64,000 nucleotides of DNA, taken from Paraspadella gotoi (taxonomy: Eukaryota; Animalia; Chaetognatha). The notes under the pieces were generated by a model. That model did not search any database. It worked only from the letters and a program-made list of their open reading frames with translations, and was not told the origin of the DNA. Below are positions 52,824 to 64,000 of the stretch, in pieces. The stretch lies in contig CM119264.1 of the NCBI GenBank assembly GCA_051294375.1, positions 18,271,454 to 18,335,453 of the forward strand, given 5' to 3'. The position numbers and the translations under genes were made by a program. Position 1 is the first letter of the stretch; every line of letters begins with the position of its first letter.

Positions 52824-54829
52824 AAAAGGAACAACATTGCTGGCAAATTTGTAAAAACTGAAATAACCAGCATTAAATCAAACCATGCAAAATAGTGTTT
52901 AATGTTCTCAGTATGAATTTTTTGCTTGTTTGTAAACTTTGGTTATCTTTATTTGCACATGAACCCGTGAACCCTTTGAAATTGTACATTGAACAACCTT
53001 AAAGAATGACTATCATATTATCGACGAATGTTGAGTTTTAGTCGTACAGATACATACACCATTTAGATATTAAACGGAGATTGTTATTGACATAAAAGCC
53101 AAGCCATATTTCGACGTCGCCGTTGATAATTCCCCAAAATCCTTCCGTGTATTAGACGTTTTTTTTATGAGTGATCATTGCTTTAATTTCTTAAATGCTC
53201 AGGTTAGTTAGTGTAGAAAATATTTATTACTATGTTCTACGTCCCAAAAGGTGGATCGTTCGAGGAGCTCTTTCTATCGTCGGTCCGCATATTCCCTTTG
53301 GCTCTGTAACTCTTGAAAGTGAAGATAAATCTTGAAAGCATAGAATAAATTCAAAGAATTATGTTCATTTACAGTTACAGTAACTTACATAGTTAAACTT
53401 TTTACAGTTACCCTGGCAGATAATAAATTTAGTGTTTAAATTACCGGGAACCCTTAGCCTACCGTGGATGCGCCGATGTTATCAGGCAGGTAGCGAGCGT
53501 GAATATTGTTTATAGACCTTGTTTTTTGTTTCTAATCTTTAAAGTAAATATAAAGACGAGTACGAATTGCGCCTTCTAATGAGTCAATATTTATAAACAA
53601 AAGGTACGTGCAACGGGAGTTTCTTTTTCTGGTAGTATGTTATGATATGATGATATGATGAGGTTATGATGTTATGATTTTGGTTTTTCTCCGTATATTT
53701 TCTGTCATTATACAAAATTAATTAATGGTTACTGACTGTTTCAATAATCATCGATCATTAAATTTCAATTCATGATATTAACTAGTTGTACGTATAGCCT
53801 GAATTTAAAACAAATAAAAAACAGTTTATGTAACAATAAGTTTTAATGTAATTACTTCATCACAATTCACAGATTAATAATAATTCATTGAGTTTGGTTT
53901 TCACCATACTATGACAATTGTCCTTTAGTGAACGAGATCAACAATTTGTCCAAAAAAATGTAATTAATACTAATTATAAAAGAAATTTCATTAAAATCAC
54001 AACAGAGGGAAGACCAAAGAACGAATTTTCCTTTTTTCGTCAAAAGACGATGAACGGAGCATAAATCAACGGAGGGGATTCGCGCACTCAAGATTGTTTT
54101 TTGTTTTTTTTTAGTTAAAAAAAATTATTCGTTTTGTCTGTAGAGTCTGTAGTGAAGACGCTTAATCAAAAAAAATGTATTTTATGAATTCTTACGTAGC
54201 AATCCAAAAAGCGCGGGGAAGAATAGGATGAACTGTAATGAAACTTTATTTTAACTTGACTTAGAACAGGGCGAGTAGAAAAAAAAACCGAACTTCAAAT
54301 AACGGCAGATGAGAATAACACAGACGAAGACGGTACGCGAGTAAAAAGATGGAGATTATGTTAAGAGAGCAACGATGGTGCTTAACTGACAAAAGATTAA
54401 CGCGAGAGCAAAATTAAAAACAAATTCCTCCTTGCGACATTTAAACAAAAAAAACCAAAAAAAAACCAATGTTTACATGAAGAACGACGCCCGAAAAATT
54501 CGTTGAATAAAAACTGTCGATTGAAACAGAATTTGTCAACGTCGTTCTTTCCTGTTAACGAATTTTATTCATAACATTTACTTAACGATAAAAAAAAAGA
54601 ATTACGTAAAAAATTAGCTCCCGTTGAGGAAACGACAACACAGTTAATTACGACTCAAAAACTAACCGCAGAACACAATTGTCGTTTATCAAAAATTTAA
54701 CAGTTTATATTCTGTGAAAAGAATTGGAAATAAATTCTCTCTGGCTTTATTAATACATTGAAAGTAAACGATTTTACCGATGTTCAACGTAAAAACTGTC
54801 AAATAGTTGATAAGAATAAACAGAGTTCA

Positions 54830-57043
54830 CTAATAAACCCAGTGAACGGGAACCCACTGAGGTGAAGTGTTGACCGCGAGAAACGCCTTCTCTAGTCTGC
54901 AAAATTTAAAAAAAACATTTTTAAAAAGAGCAAAAAATAGAGCATCGTAAGTTTCTCACCTGTGAATGGTGTGTTCTATGTCATTGTTGACGATAATCAA
55001 ATCAAAGTAATGTCGATAAGCTTCTTTCAGTTGATGTGATTCTTCCACCAATCGTTCCAACGACCCATCGTCTCTGAAAAAAAAAAAAACAACAAAAAAC
55101 AAAACAAAATCAAAATCAAAATAAAAGGAAATATATTATTACGACGACGTCAAATTCTCTTTGATTACTCAAGTTTGGATTTATACATTTTAATAAGTAA
55201 TAAGAAAGACTAAAAAAAAAGCACCTGTCGTGAACTTCTCTCATGGCAGCGATCGATGGTGCGTCAATGAAGATGACAAATGGAGAAAAATCCGGAGTCC
55301 GGAGAACTTTAAGTGCCTTTAAAAAAAATAAGAAATTTAGTCATGGAGAAGCTGTTATATCATTTCTAAATCCAACCTACCTGCGGCTCCACGTCCAAGA
55401 TGGCGGTGAGACCCTGTCCGTGTATCGACCGGATCGTGTCGATCTTCGTTCCGTACATCGCGTTCTCGTGACTCCCGTACTCGAGATATTCGTTATTAGC
55501 TAAAAGTAAAATAAAATAATTAAATTAATTAAATAAAAAAAGATAATTAAACTCACCAATTCCTTCCATCATCTCATCGTAAGAGACGAAATGGTAAGTT
55601 CTGGCGTTCTCCTCCTCTGATTTTGGTTTTCGCGTCGTGTCTACGGATGATCGGGGTTGAGAGAGAATAATTAATTGGGTAGTCTAGGTAAAAAAAAAAA
55701 AGACAACATTTTAGGAATTTTAATAATGAAAGTGATGATATAACAACAACAGTTGGTAAGCAAGTTAGATGGTGGTAGGAAGAAAAAAAGTTTTAACCCC
55801 ACTAATGACGCAGAAGGGAGCAGAATCGGAGTGGAAAGTAGCAACGGGGCTTAAAGGCATTAAACGAATCGCCATCGTTTAATCTTTTGATGAGGACAAA
55901 AGGTCGAACGGCGGGAAACCATTTGGGCCAAAGCGATCGGGAAATCGGGGAAAAAAGGCAGTTTCGATGGGAAAGGAAAGTCGGGGATAGAAGTCCAATC
56001 TGGAAGACGAAATGGAAGAAGGAAAAAGAGAAAAAAATGATAACAAAAGAATAACAAAAACAATNNNNNNNNNNAAATTGTAACAAAACTTAAAGATAAA
56101 TATACGAATATATGATACGTATAATAAATTAATAAACAACATAGAATCGGCTATAAAAACTAGATAACTGAAAGAAAAAAAAATAATATTGATGCGTTAA
56201 AATACGACAGAAAAGAGTAAAAAGTCAAAAGAGAAGATGGAAACCAGAAAATGGAGGGAAAACGAGGAAAGGAAAGAAACGTGAGGAGAATCGGACCCTG
56301 AGACAAAAGCGACAGGTTTGGTGAGATTGTGAATTTCAGTCGCGAAAAACAAAGAAAAACAAAAGAAAAACAAAAGAAAAACAGTACCAGAAAGAATGTA
56401 TGTACATAAAAGAAGATTGAATTCGCTGGAAATTAAGAAAACAAGAAAATGGGGTTAGAGAGAAGAAAACGCGTACTAAGGAGAATTGTGTGCTCAGAAA
56501 AGAGATTGCTCTTAGCCAAAACTCACTAAAATGAAGGAAGAAAGAAAAAAATAAGTAAAAGAAGGAAAAAGAAAAAAAGAAAGAAAGAGAAAAAAACGGA
56601 GCAAAAAATCTAAAATAAAAAGAATAAAACAGAAAAAAATCAAAAACGTAAAAAGGCTGATAAGAAAATCTCGTCTAAGAAAGAACAGGAAAAATGGGAA
56701 AACAAACGAAAGGGCATTTTGCATTCGTCTACATATTATCCGTCTTGGTGACCTTTTTTAAAATCTTTCGTAAATATTCACGTTTGACCTTTCAACTTTG
56801 TTTAACGCAACTTTTTAATGAAACTTTTTCGTATCCCTGTGCCCGCCATTCACAACAAACACCCCCGCACCCCGCGCCTTACGAGGTATTGGGTAGGCAA
56901 AGCGGTCTGGATAAGTAGCGATTAATGTGTTTTTTATGTGCCTTCGTCCGACACCGTGGGCTCCTAGAAGATGAACAGAGAAAATGGGGTTATATTCTGA
57001 TCATCGGTCTCAACTCTCAAACTCTCAATCTCTCTCTCTCTCC

Positions 57044-57110
<67 letters not shown>

Positions 57111-58952
57111 CCCCTCACCCAGTAAGACAAGCGTCTTTCTTTTAAAGCTCGGCAGTTTGATGACCTCTTCATAAGTGACGAGGTCAAGTTGATCGAAGCA
57201 AATGTTGTGCTTGGAGAAAAACTTTTCTCGCGTTAGCTTTTTTCTCCAGTTGAACCACGAACAGTGACCTGAAAAATAATGTTTTTTTATATTTAAAGTT
57301 CATATCATTAAAGATAATAAACAAAGATATATAATACACAACGAGAATTTTTAGTATATTCAACAGTCACGGCCATTTGCATTATAATTCGACAACATTT
57401 TGACTCCGCTGAAAGACAAAGGTCAACCCGCCTGCAATGGGTTTAAGCAGATAAGCCTTTCAAAGCTGCGTGGGCTTTGTGGCTTTGGCTCGCTTTAGGA
57501 GGTTTCTTCGACGAAAAGTCTCATAATCTCGTTTACATTTTGCTTCTTTTACAACTTTTTTCCTGAACCTTTGGAAGCGACGAAAAAGCTCTTGAAAAGG
57601 GAAAGGCCTTGTTTGGAATGTGATATGCCAACTATCTTTAAAAAAAAAAAAATAAAGAACCATTCACCGCTAAAAAAAAGAAGCAAAAGACATAGATAGT
57701 AAGAAGGACAACCACAAAGAAGAAAAGGAGATTGTGAAACTGACTTTCTTTCTTGGTCTTTTCTATGGCTTGCGATGCGACCCTCCATTCCTGCAGCTCG
57801 GGCGAAGGTATGAGGCCAACGGAATGAGACGACGACACCGACGACGACGTTGAATTGGAAACCTGATTGAATAAATAATCAAAAGTGTTAATTATTAAAA
57901 GATATTTAATTGTTAGTTTGGTTCCCTCAACTGGACGGAAGAAGGAGGATTGCCTAGGATCTTCCTCACCCACGGATCTTCTCGTCCGCTAATAAATCCT
58001 CCCACGCGTCTACAAGGAATTGGCTTCGCCCACACATAGGCCAGGATTTAAAACAGCCCACGAAAGCGCAAGAACTTCGCCCCCGAATTCGCAATGAATA
58101 CTCAAGACTCGACCATAAGCAACTAAATGTCACCTTAACCGGGTTTCGATCGGGCGACGGAAGCGGCGACGAAAACGGCGACGATCGTTGCTCGGAATCG
58201 ACGTCGCGGGAATTCCGCCTGGAAAAGAGACGAGTGACAATCACCAATATGAATTTTAATTCAATGTATTAAAAATCGTTAAGAATCAGGAGGCAGAGTG
58301 TAACCTGTGGCCGTTTGGTTTAAAGGAGGAATTTGTCGGCGAAAACCGTTCGCTGTTTTCTTCGTCCTGAAAACAAAACCAAAAAAAATCAAAAAATACG
58401 AGAAAAAAACAAATCGAAACGAAAACAAAAAAGTTTTAGCACAAAATTCCATCAATCGTCGAATCAGAATCAAAATTTAAAAAGAAAATCCCAGCGAGGG
58501 CGCCCCGCTCACCACGTGATTGTAGTAGGCGTGGCGGCTTTTCTCGTCGTCATGGACGTGATTCGACGGCGACGCTGACGTCATTTCCGGTTTACCGTCG
58601 GCCACGCCTCCCTTCCGTCGGCCCCGCGATTTCTCGCCCGATTTACCACGGAATCCGTTTTCCAGGTTCAATCTTATTTCGTGGAAGAAAAGAGATTTTG
58701 GAGGAAAGAAGAGAAAGGGAGTTTGAGGGGAGGATGGATTAAAGGGACGCTCCAAAAAGAAAAGGAGAGAAAAAATGATCCAGGTCGGAATATTGGCAAG
58801 CGGGATTTGGAATGATAACACAAGGAGCAAATTAAGAAAAAGGGACTCCAGTCCAAAAAAAAAAAAAAAATTAATTGAAGAGAAATAATTTAATATTGTG
58901 AATTTTAATTATTAAAATTTTTATATTTTTGTCTTTTGTCTTTTTTTCTTTT

Positions 58953-58983
<31 letters not shown>

Positions 58984-61766
58984 CTTTCTTTCTTTCTCTC
59001 TTTCTTTCTTTCTTTCTTTTTTTCTTTCTCTCTTTCTCTTGTTTGTTCTCTTTATTTCCTTATATTTTCTATTTTCATTTCTACTATTTTCTCTTTTCCT
59101 CATTATATTTCGTTCCTACCTTTGGCTTTGTGCGATAAAGTCCTCGACGTCTTTCTCGTCGTCTTCACAGTCGTCTTCACTTTCGTCGTCGCTCTGTCAA
59201 AGTAAAACGAGATGGATAATCTTTTTTTGATTTGTTTACTGTCGGGTATGTACACATAAAAGCTCGTTGTTAAAATAAAATTAAATTTCTTTATTTTTTA
59301 GATTAAAAATTATAAGATTCGAAGATTGTGTATGTAGTTATTGCTTAATTTTCGGTGTGTTTTTGGCACTTAAGTAAAATTTTAAAAAATATAACAAGTA
59401 AAATAAATAAAACGAAAAAAGAAATTTAATCATATTCTGGAACGACAGACACGAATCTTAGCGTGATCGAAATCCTCGGTGACAACTTTGGCGGGAAAAA
59501 GTGACGTTTTCTATCTTCGACTCACTTGGTCGAACGCGTACGACGATTTTTGTCCCAGTTTTTTCGTTTTCCCGCGAATTTTTTGAATTTGTTTTCGAGA
59601 CGAATCGGAAAACCTGTCGGATAGGAGATAAATTGAAAATAGATGAAAATATTCTAAATCGTTTTCAACCGTTCACAGCGTAACGCAACGCAAGTTTATT
59701 ATAAATTTCTTTAAAAATATAAACTGTCAAAGGAGAAATTGAATCTTTATCATCCCCAATCCGTAATCCAATTCACCCAAGACGAATCTGCTCCATCCCC
59801 AAATTGACACACCCCTCGTCAGTCGTCAGTCGTCTCAATCCCTCAGTCCCCTTCATATCAACTGAGCTGACAAGTCCCCATTCTCAGGACTGACTTATCG
59901 TTGGCGTCCGAGTGCGAGACGATATAAGAGCAGGAGGGACCATTGACGTCGGGGGCGGGCGGTGACGTCAAAAGGCCGGAAGCTGAAGGAAAGATGTCGC
60001 CTGGAACGCGACGTCCGTGCTAGAGGGTTGGGTGATGAAAAGTGGGTCGGAAGTGAATGATGAGTTGTGGTCAGAAGGTTGGATATCGGGTCAAAGTTGA
60101 CCAATGTTTTCTATCCTTTTTTTTTTTTGAAGCCAAACTTATGAAAACTAATTTTCTAGTTCTAAACGATTTTACGTAAGATAATGATATACCTCAATTT
60201 TAAATCCTTAATTGACTTTTTTTTTAAATTTAAGTTACCTATTTATCTTTATTCATGTTTTTTAAATTTACTCACGATATCGGGAATTGGAGAAAAGGAG
60301 GCGGAGGTTTCAACTTTTCTCGCTTGCCACCAGTTGTGGTCTTCTTTGCTGGTGATTTGTAGAATGTCACCTGAAAATAACAAAACTGATAACTGTGTCT
60401 GTCAACTTTGTTTTCTCGTTCTCATGCTACAAATGAACTTTCCCGACAAAAACACTGAAGTAGTTATTTTTTTTCTGTTTCATTTTATTTACGTTTTTTC
60501 TATCATTTCTTTTTTCTTCTGCTTTTTCTGAACAAATTCTTATTTCTTGACGAACAACAGCTTAAATCTTGTTTCCTTCATTTTCTTTTAATTTTCTTTA
60601 TTTGCCAAAAGAAAAAAACCCAAAACAACCAACAATGAAAGAAAACAACAAAAAATGTCACCATCTTGCTCCAAACATTTTTTTATCTTTATTATACCAT
60701 TGTTATACCAAAATGAGCATGCAGTACATTTTTTTGGGGGCATAAAAAAAATTTGCAATTTTGAACAGTAAGATTATACCGTATTTATCATGGTAATTAT
60801 CCTTTCTTTTTCGTTGTTTGAGAGATTAACAAAGTTTGATTTTATTTTGCAACGAATTTTATTTTAAAAGAGCAGACATGTTTCGGCTCACAATACGAGC
60901 CTTCATCAGCGCACATGAGTGTGCTGATGAAGGCTCGTATTGTGAGCCGAAACATGTCTGCTCTTTTTAAATAAAATTCGTTGCAAAATAAAATCAAACT
61001 TTGTTAAACCGTATTTATCAACAAAAATTATTTAATTATAACCTTCCCTCCGATAGTCGTGTCTGGTCTTTTGTGTGTTTTTATTTGTTTATTTTTCCCA
61101 CTCGCTCTCCTGACGAAAGAAAATTGAAAAACTCCGCGGGGATAGCAATTTTTTAGGTGAAGGGGCGGCGGGGAGCAACAACGTACCTGTTCGGAATTGA
61201 AGACCAGCTTGGGAGCAAGGAATCAAGTCGTCATCTTTGGGGTTGTAGTCGAACCCCGATCGAACGTATATCTTAGTAAGAGAATTGGTTTGGAAGTCTA
61301 TACGTAATTTTAGATTACTAAACGCCTTCAGGGATTCAGATTTAAGTAACACAGGGACTCACAGAAACGTTTTCGAAGGCAGAGAGGATGAGCCCGCGAT
61401 AACTGGGCACCACTTTGAAGGAGACCGTTCCTTTCGCTTGTTTCTGAGAAGAAAATAAATAATTTGTCGATATGAAAGTGTGACAAACAAAAGTATGTAC
61501 GTATTACACTCGATCAAAATTCAAACTGACCAGCATCTTTTGGAGGAAATCGACGGACTGATTGGCGAGACTGATGCCGTTGATTTCGCGAATCTCGTCG
61601 CCGACGTGCAGAGATCCTGTAGGGAGGGAAAAGGTTGAGAAATTTCACAATTTTAGTTATAAAACTTTTATCTAACGGGTTTTTTACCTTGACGATGTAT
61701 GAGCCCTCCGTAGAAAATTCTGGCGACGACCACTCGGTTGTCTTCGCTCATTCTGAGTGTGATCCC
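54830..61766 (-). CDS. CASK: CASK/Lin-2 MAGUK, PDZ-SH3-HOOK-GK portion, 5'-partial. Exons: 61766-61688, 61616-61531, 61443-61363, 61271-61187, 60370-60276, 59193-59120, 58218-58134, 57862-57745, 57268-57119, 56963-56883, 55640-55557, 55499-55381, 55316-55225, 55073-54960, 54896-54830
   Basis: [37 protein letters not shown]; SH3 [41 protein letters not shown]; [54 protein letters not shown]; [15 protein letters not shown]; C-terminal QWVPVHWVY*. All junctions are in phase. Confidence 0.93.
58576..58591 (-). promoter_or_regulatory. ETS-CRE composite motif (ACCGGAAATGACGTCA) in a CpG-rich patch of a CASK intron
   Basis: The + strand reads tgacgtcatttccggt. This is a motif match only. Confidence 0.3.
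60868..60916 (-). ncRNA. Minimal type I hammerhead ribozyme motif (sense to the CASK pre-mRNA)
   Basis: The - strand reads gtgcg-CTGATGA-A-GGCTC-gtattgt-GAGCC-GAAAC-AT-GTC-tgctc. Confidence 0.65.
60917..60965 (+). ncRNA. Minimal type I hammerhead ribozyme motif
   Basis: CTGATGA (60924-30), extra A, stem II GGCTC/GAGCC, then GAAAC-AT-GTC cleavage triplet (60956-58) with palindromic ACATGT in place of a full stem III. Stem I is weak. Confidence 0.65.
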
Positions 61767-64000
61767 CTGCGAAAAATAGATTCGATTAAAAAATATCAAT
61801 TCCATTTGCGATTTTTTAAACTTCCCGCTAATATCAATCGGCGTCGAGTGATAAATAAAATTACAAACTTTCCATTTTCTCTCTAACACATCGGCGCTGA
61901 GACAATCGCGTCGCCAAAAAAAGAAATTATAAAAAAATAAATAAAACGAATTTAAAAAAAAATGAGATAAGCGTCGAAATCAAAGAGGAAAGTCTAAGGG
62001 TGAAAAGGAAAAAAATTGCTTTTCTGCCATCACTCCTTCATTCCTTCTCCATACACGTCTGATTTCCATTCAGCATTTCTTCTTTTTTTTTTGATTTTCT
62101 ATTTTTTTTTTCTTTTCGGAGAGGAATAGGCGACCTCCGGGGAAGCGGTTGAATGGTTGAATGGAGGCGCGAATAAATCAAAAATGTGAAATAGAACCTG
62201 GAAAAAGGAAAGAAAAAAAAAATCTGGCTCGATGGGAGGTGGCGTTGCGGGTGGGGGAAGGTGGAGGGATAAGGGAAGTGGAAATTGGGGGGGTGAGGGG
62301 GTTGCGGAAGGGGGTTGAAAAGAGGGCGAGTGGGGGATGGGTAACAAAATGGAGGAAGTTAGAAGAAGGTAAAGTGGTCGGTTGGCGAATGTCATAGTGT
62401 ACGGGAGATGGCACTGTAGGAAAAATCAAGGAAAGAAATGAAAGGGAAGATGGTTGGATTTCGAATTGTGAGGAAGATGGCGTAAGATGAAAAATAAAAA
62501 AGTGGTGGCCTTGTACTCGTGCAATTACGTATTTGCCTATTGAGAGTTCTTTAGAGATCACAAGTATTTGTGAGATTTATAACAAAATACTCACTACATT
62601 TTACGCTAAACGATGTAAATAAAATTGGTACAACCAATATAAAAATTATCCATTCATTTAATAAATAAGCTATTTTGCCCCTAACTTTGGATAGGCTTTT
62701 GGCATGCTTCTTTAAAAGTGTTTTCAATGCATAACAATTTAAATTTTCATTGAATCGATTTTCACGTTCCAGTTGCCGTGGAGTCGCAATCTCAGTTTAA
62801 AATTACGTACGACACAATGAAAAAATGGCGTAACGTTACTGTTCCGTGCATTAAAAAAAATTTACTGTTCAATATTATATATTTCTTTTTATTTTTTGAA
62901 ACGTTATAGTTTCATATGTCGATATCCAAAATATCAATGCAAAATCTTTTTTTGTTTTTTAGATATGACCGATATAGGGTGAAAGATGATAAATTTTTAA
63001 AAAAGTTACTTATTCATATTTATTCCTAGAATTGTAATAGAAAAAAATAAAAAAAATAATAGTACCAATAGTTAGTGTTATGTCTCAAATAGATGGAAAA
63101 AAACCTCATTTAAAAATTCGATCGGGAAGTGGGGTAACTAAGGCTTACCAATGGCATCCTCCACGCCGATTGTTCTCTCAAATAATTTTTTTTATTTAAT
63201 ACTTTTGAAAGGGAAAAAAAGAAAATTCAGAATGCAGGTTGCATAAAGGGTACAGATAATCTGGACTTACTGACATGATAACCATGACCTTTTATATCTT
63301 GTGAAATGGGGCAGTAAAGATATCTAAAAAATTCAATCATTAAGTCAGTCAATGAACCCTTTCTAATGGGCTATTATGATAAATATTTTTTCTTAATTAA
63401 AATGGATAATAAATAATAGAATTAAATTCCTTGCTATATTTAAAAAAAAATTATCAACACAATGATGTCTTGCTTTGTCAATATATTGCCAGTTATATAT
63501 TTTTTTAAAACTTTATTATGATAAACAAGCAGTGTGTCAAGCTTTTAGTTTGCAGTTAAAGATAATGAAAAAATCCATATTTTTTTTCACAGACAAGAAG
63601 GTAGATGTCCAGACTGTTTATATCAAGCTGAAAACATTTTTGTATTTATCATTTTTGATATTTAAAAAGACATTTTATCAAGCTAAAATATAAATTTCTG
63701 CTTGTTTTTTACTTTAACTTAAAAATATAAGCAGTTTTATGGAATAAAGAAAATTTAATAATAATCAAAATGTAATTCAGTCTTTCCTTTTTCAAATTAC
63801 AAAAGAAAAATAAAAAAATTCATATGCCTTCATTGAAATTTTTAAAACAAATACTGTTATACTTTTAACTCTGATTTAAACAAAAGCTGATGTAAAGATT
63901 TATGGATTTAATTTAATAAAACTTTTTTAGAAAGGTGTCCCATGATTAGGGCTTTAATTTGATACCACACCCATCTTGCTAGCTCTTTTCTTTCAAAAGT

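Larger units (their letters stand above)
60826..61007. repeat. Near-perfect 182-bp palindrome (~89-bp arms) in a CASK intron; Penelope-like element remnant
   Basis: ttaacaaagtttgattttattttgcaacgaatt...ttcatcagcgcac atga gtgtgctgatgaa...aattcgttgcaaaataaaatcaaactttgttaa. Confidence 0.92.

Noticed and set aside
63149-63322. Two minus-strand GTAAG donor sites with short upstream frames
   Set aside because: The translations do not match the expected CASK sequence before the PDZ domain, and there is too little support for a separate gene.

Overview
AT-rich metazoan (invertebrate-like) genomic scaffold with spliceosomal introns, very dense (GA/TC)n microsatellites and three N gaps. Most ORFs in the supplied track are microsatellite or low-complexity artefacts, so genes were rebuilt by hand from GT-AG boundaries and codon phase. 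A DEG/ENaC (ASIC-like) channel gene on + spans at least 14024-52280, and its 5' exons were not found. It has an unusual ~460-aa insertion in the knuckle region and has lost one thumb disulfide pair. Five other genes lie inside its introns: DYNLT5/TCTEX1D1 (+), a C22orf15/CXorf65-family gene (+), an LRRC14/PRAME-family gene (-), ETFBKMT (-), and IQCG/DRC9 (+), which itself sits inside an ETFBKMT intron (three-level nesting). The 3' half of CASK lies on - at 54830-61766 and has a large acidic, Ser/Pro-rich insert in its SH3 domain. One CASK intron holds a 182-bp palindrome carrying two back-to-back hammerhead-ribozyme motifs. Also present: a tRNA-derived SINE, three copies of a Helentron/HINE-like element, a 1.8-kb tandem duplication (probably an assembly artefact) and an unassigned 3-exon ORF on -. 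Family assignments come from recalled motifs, not database searches.
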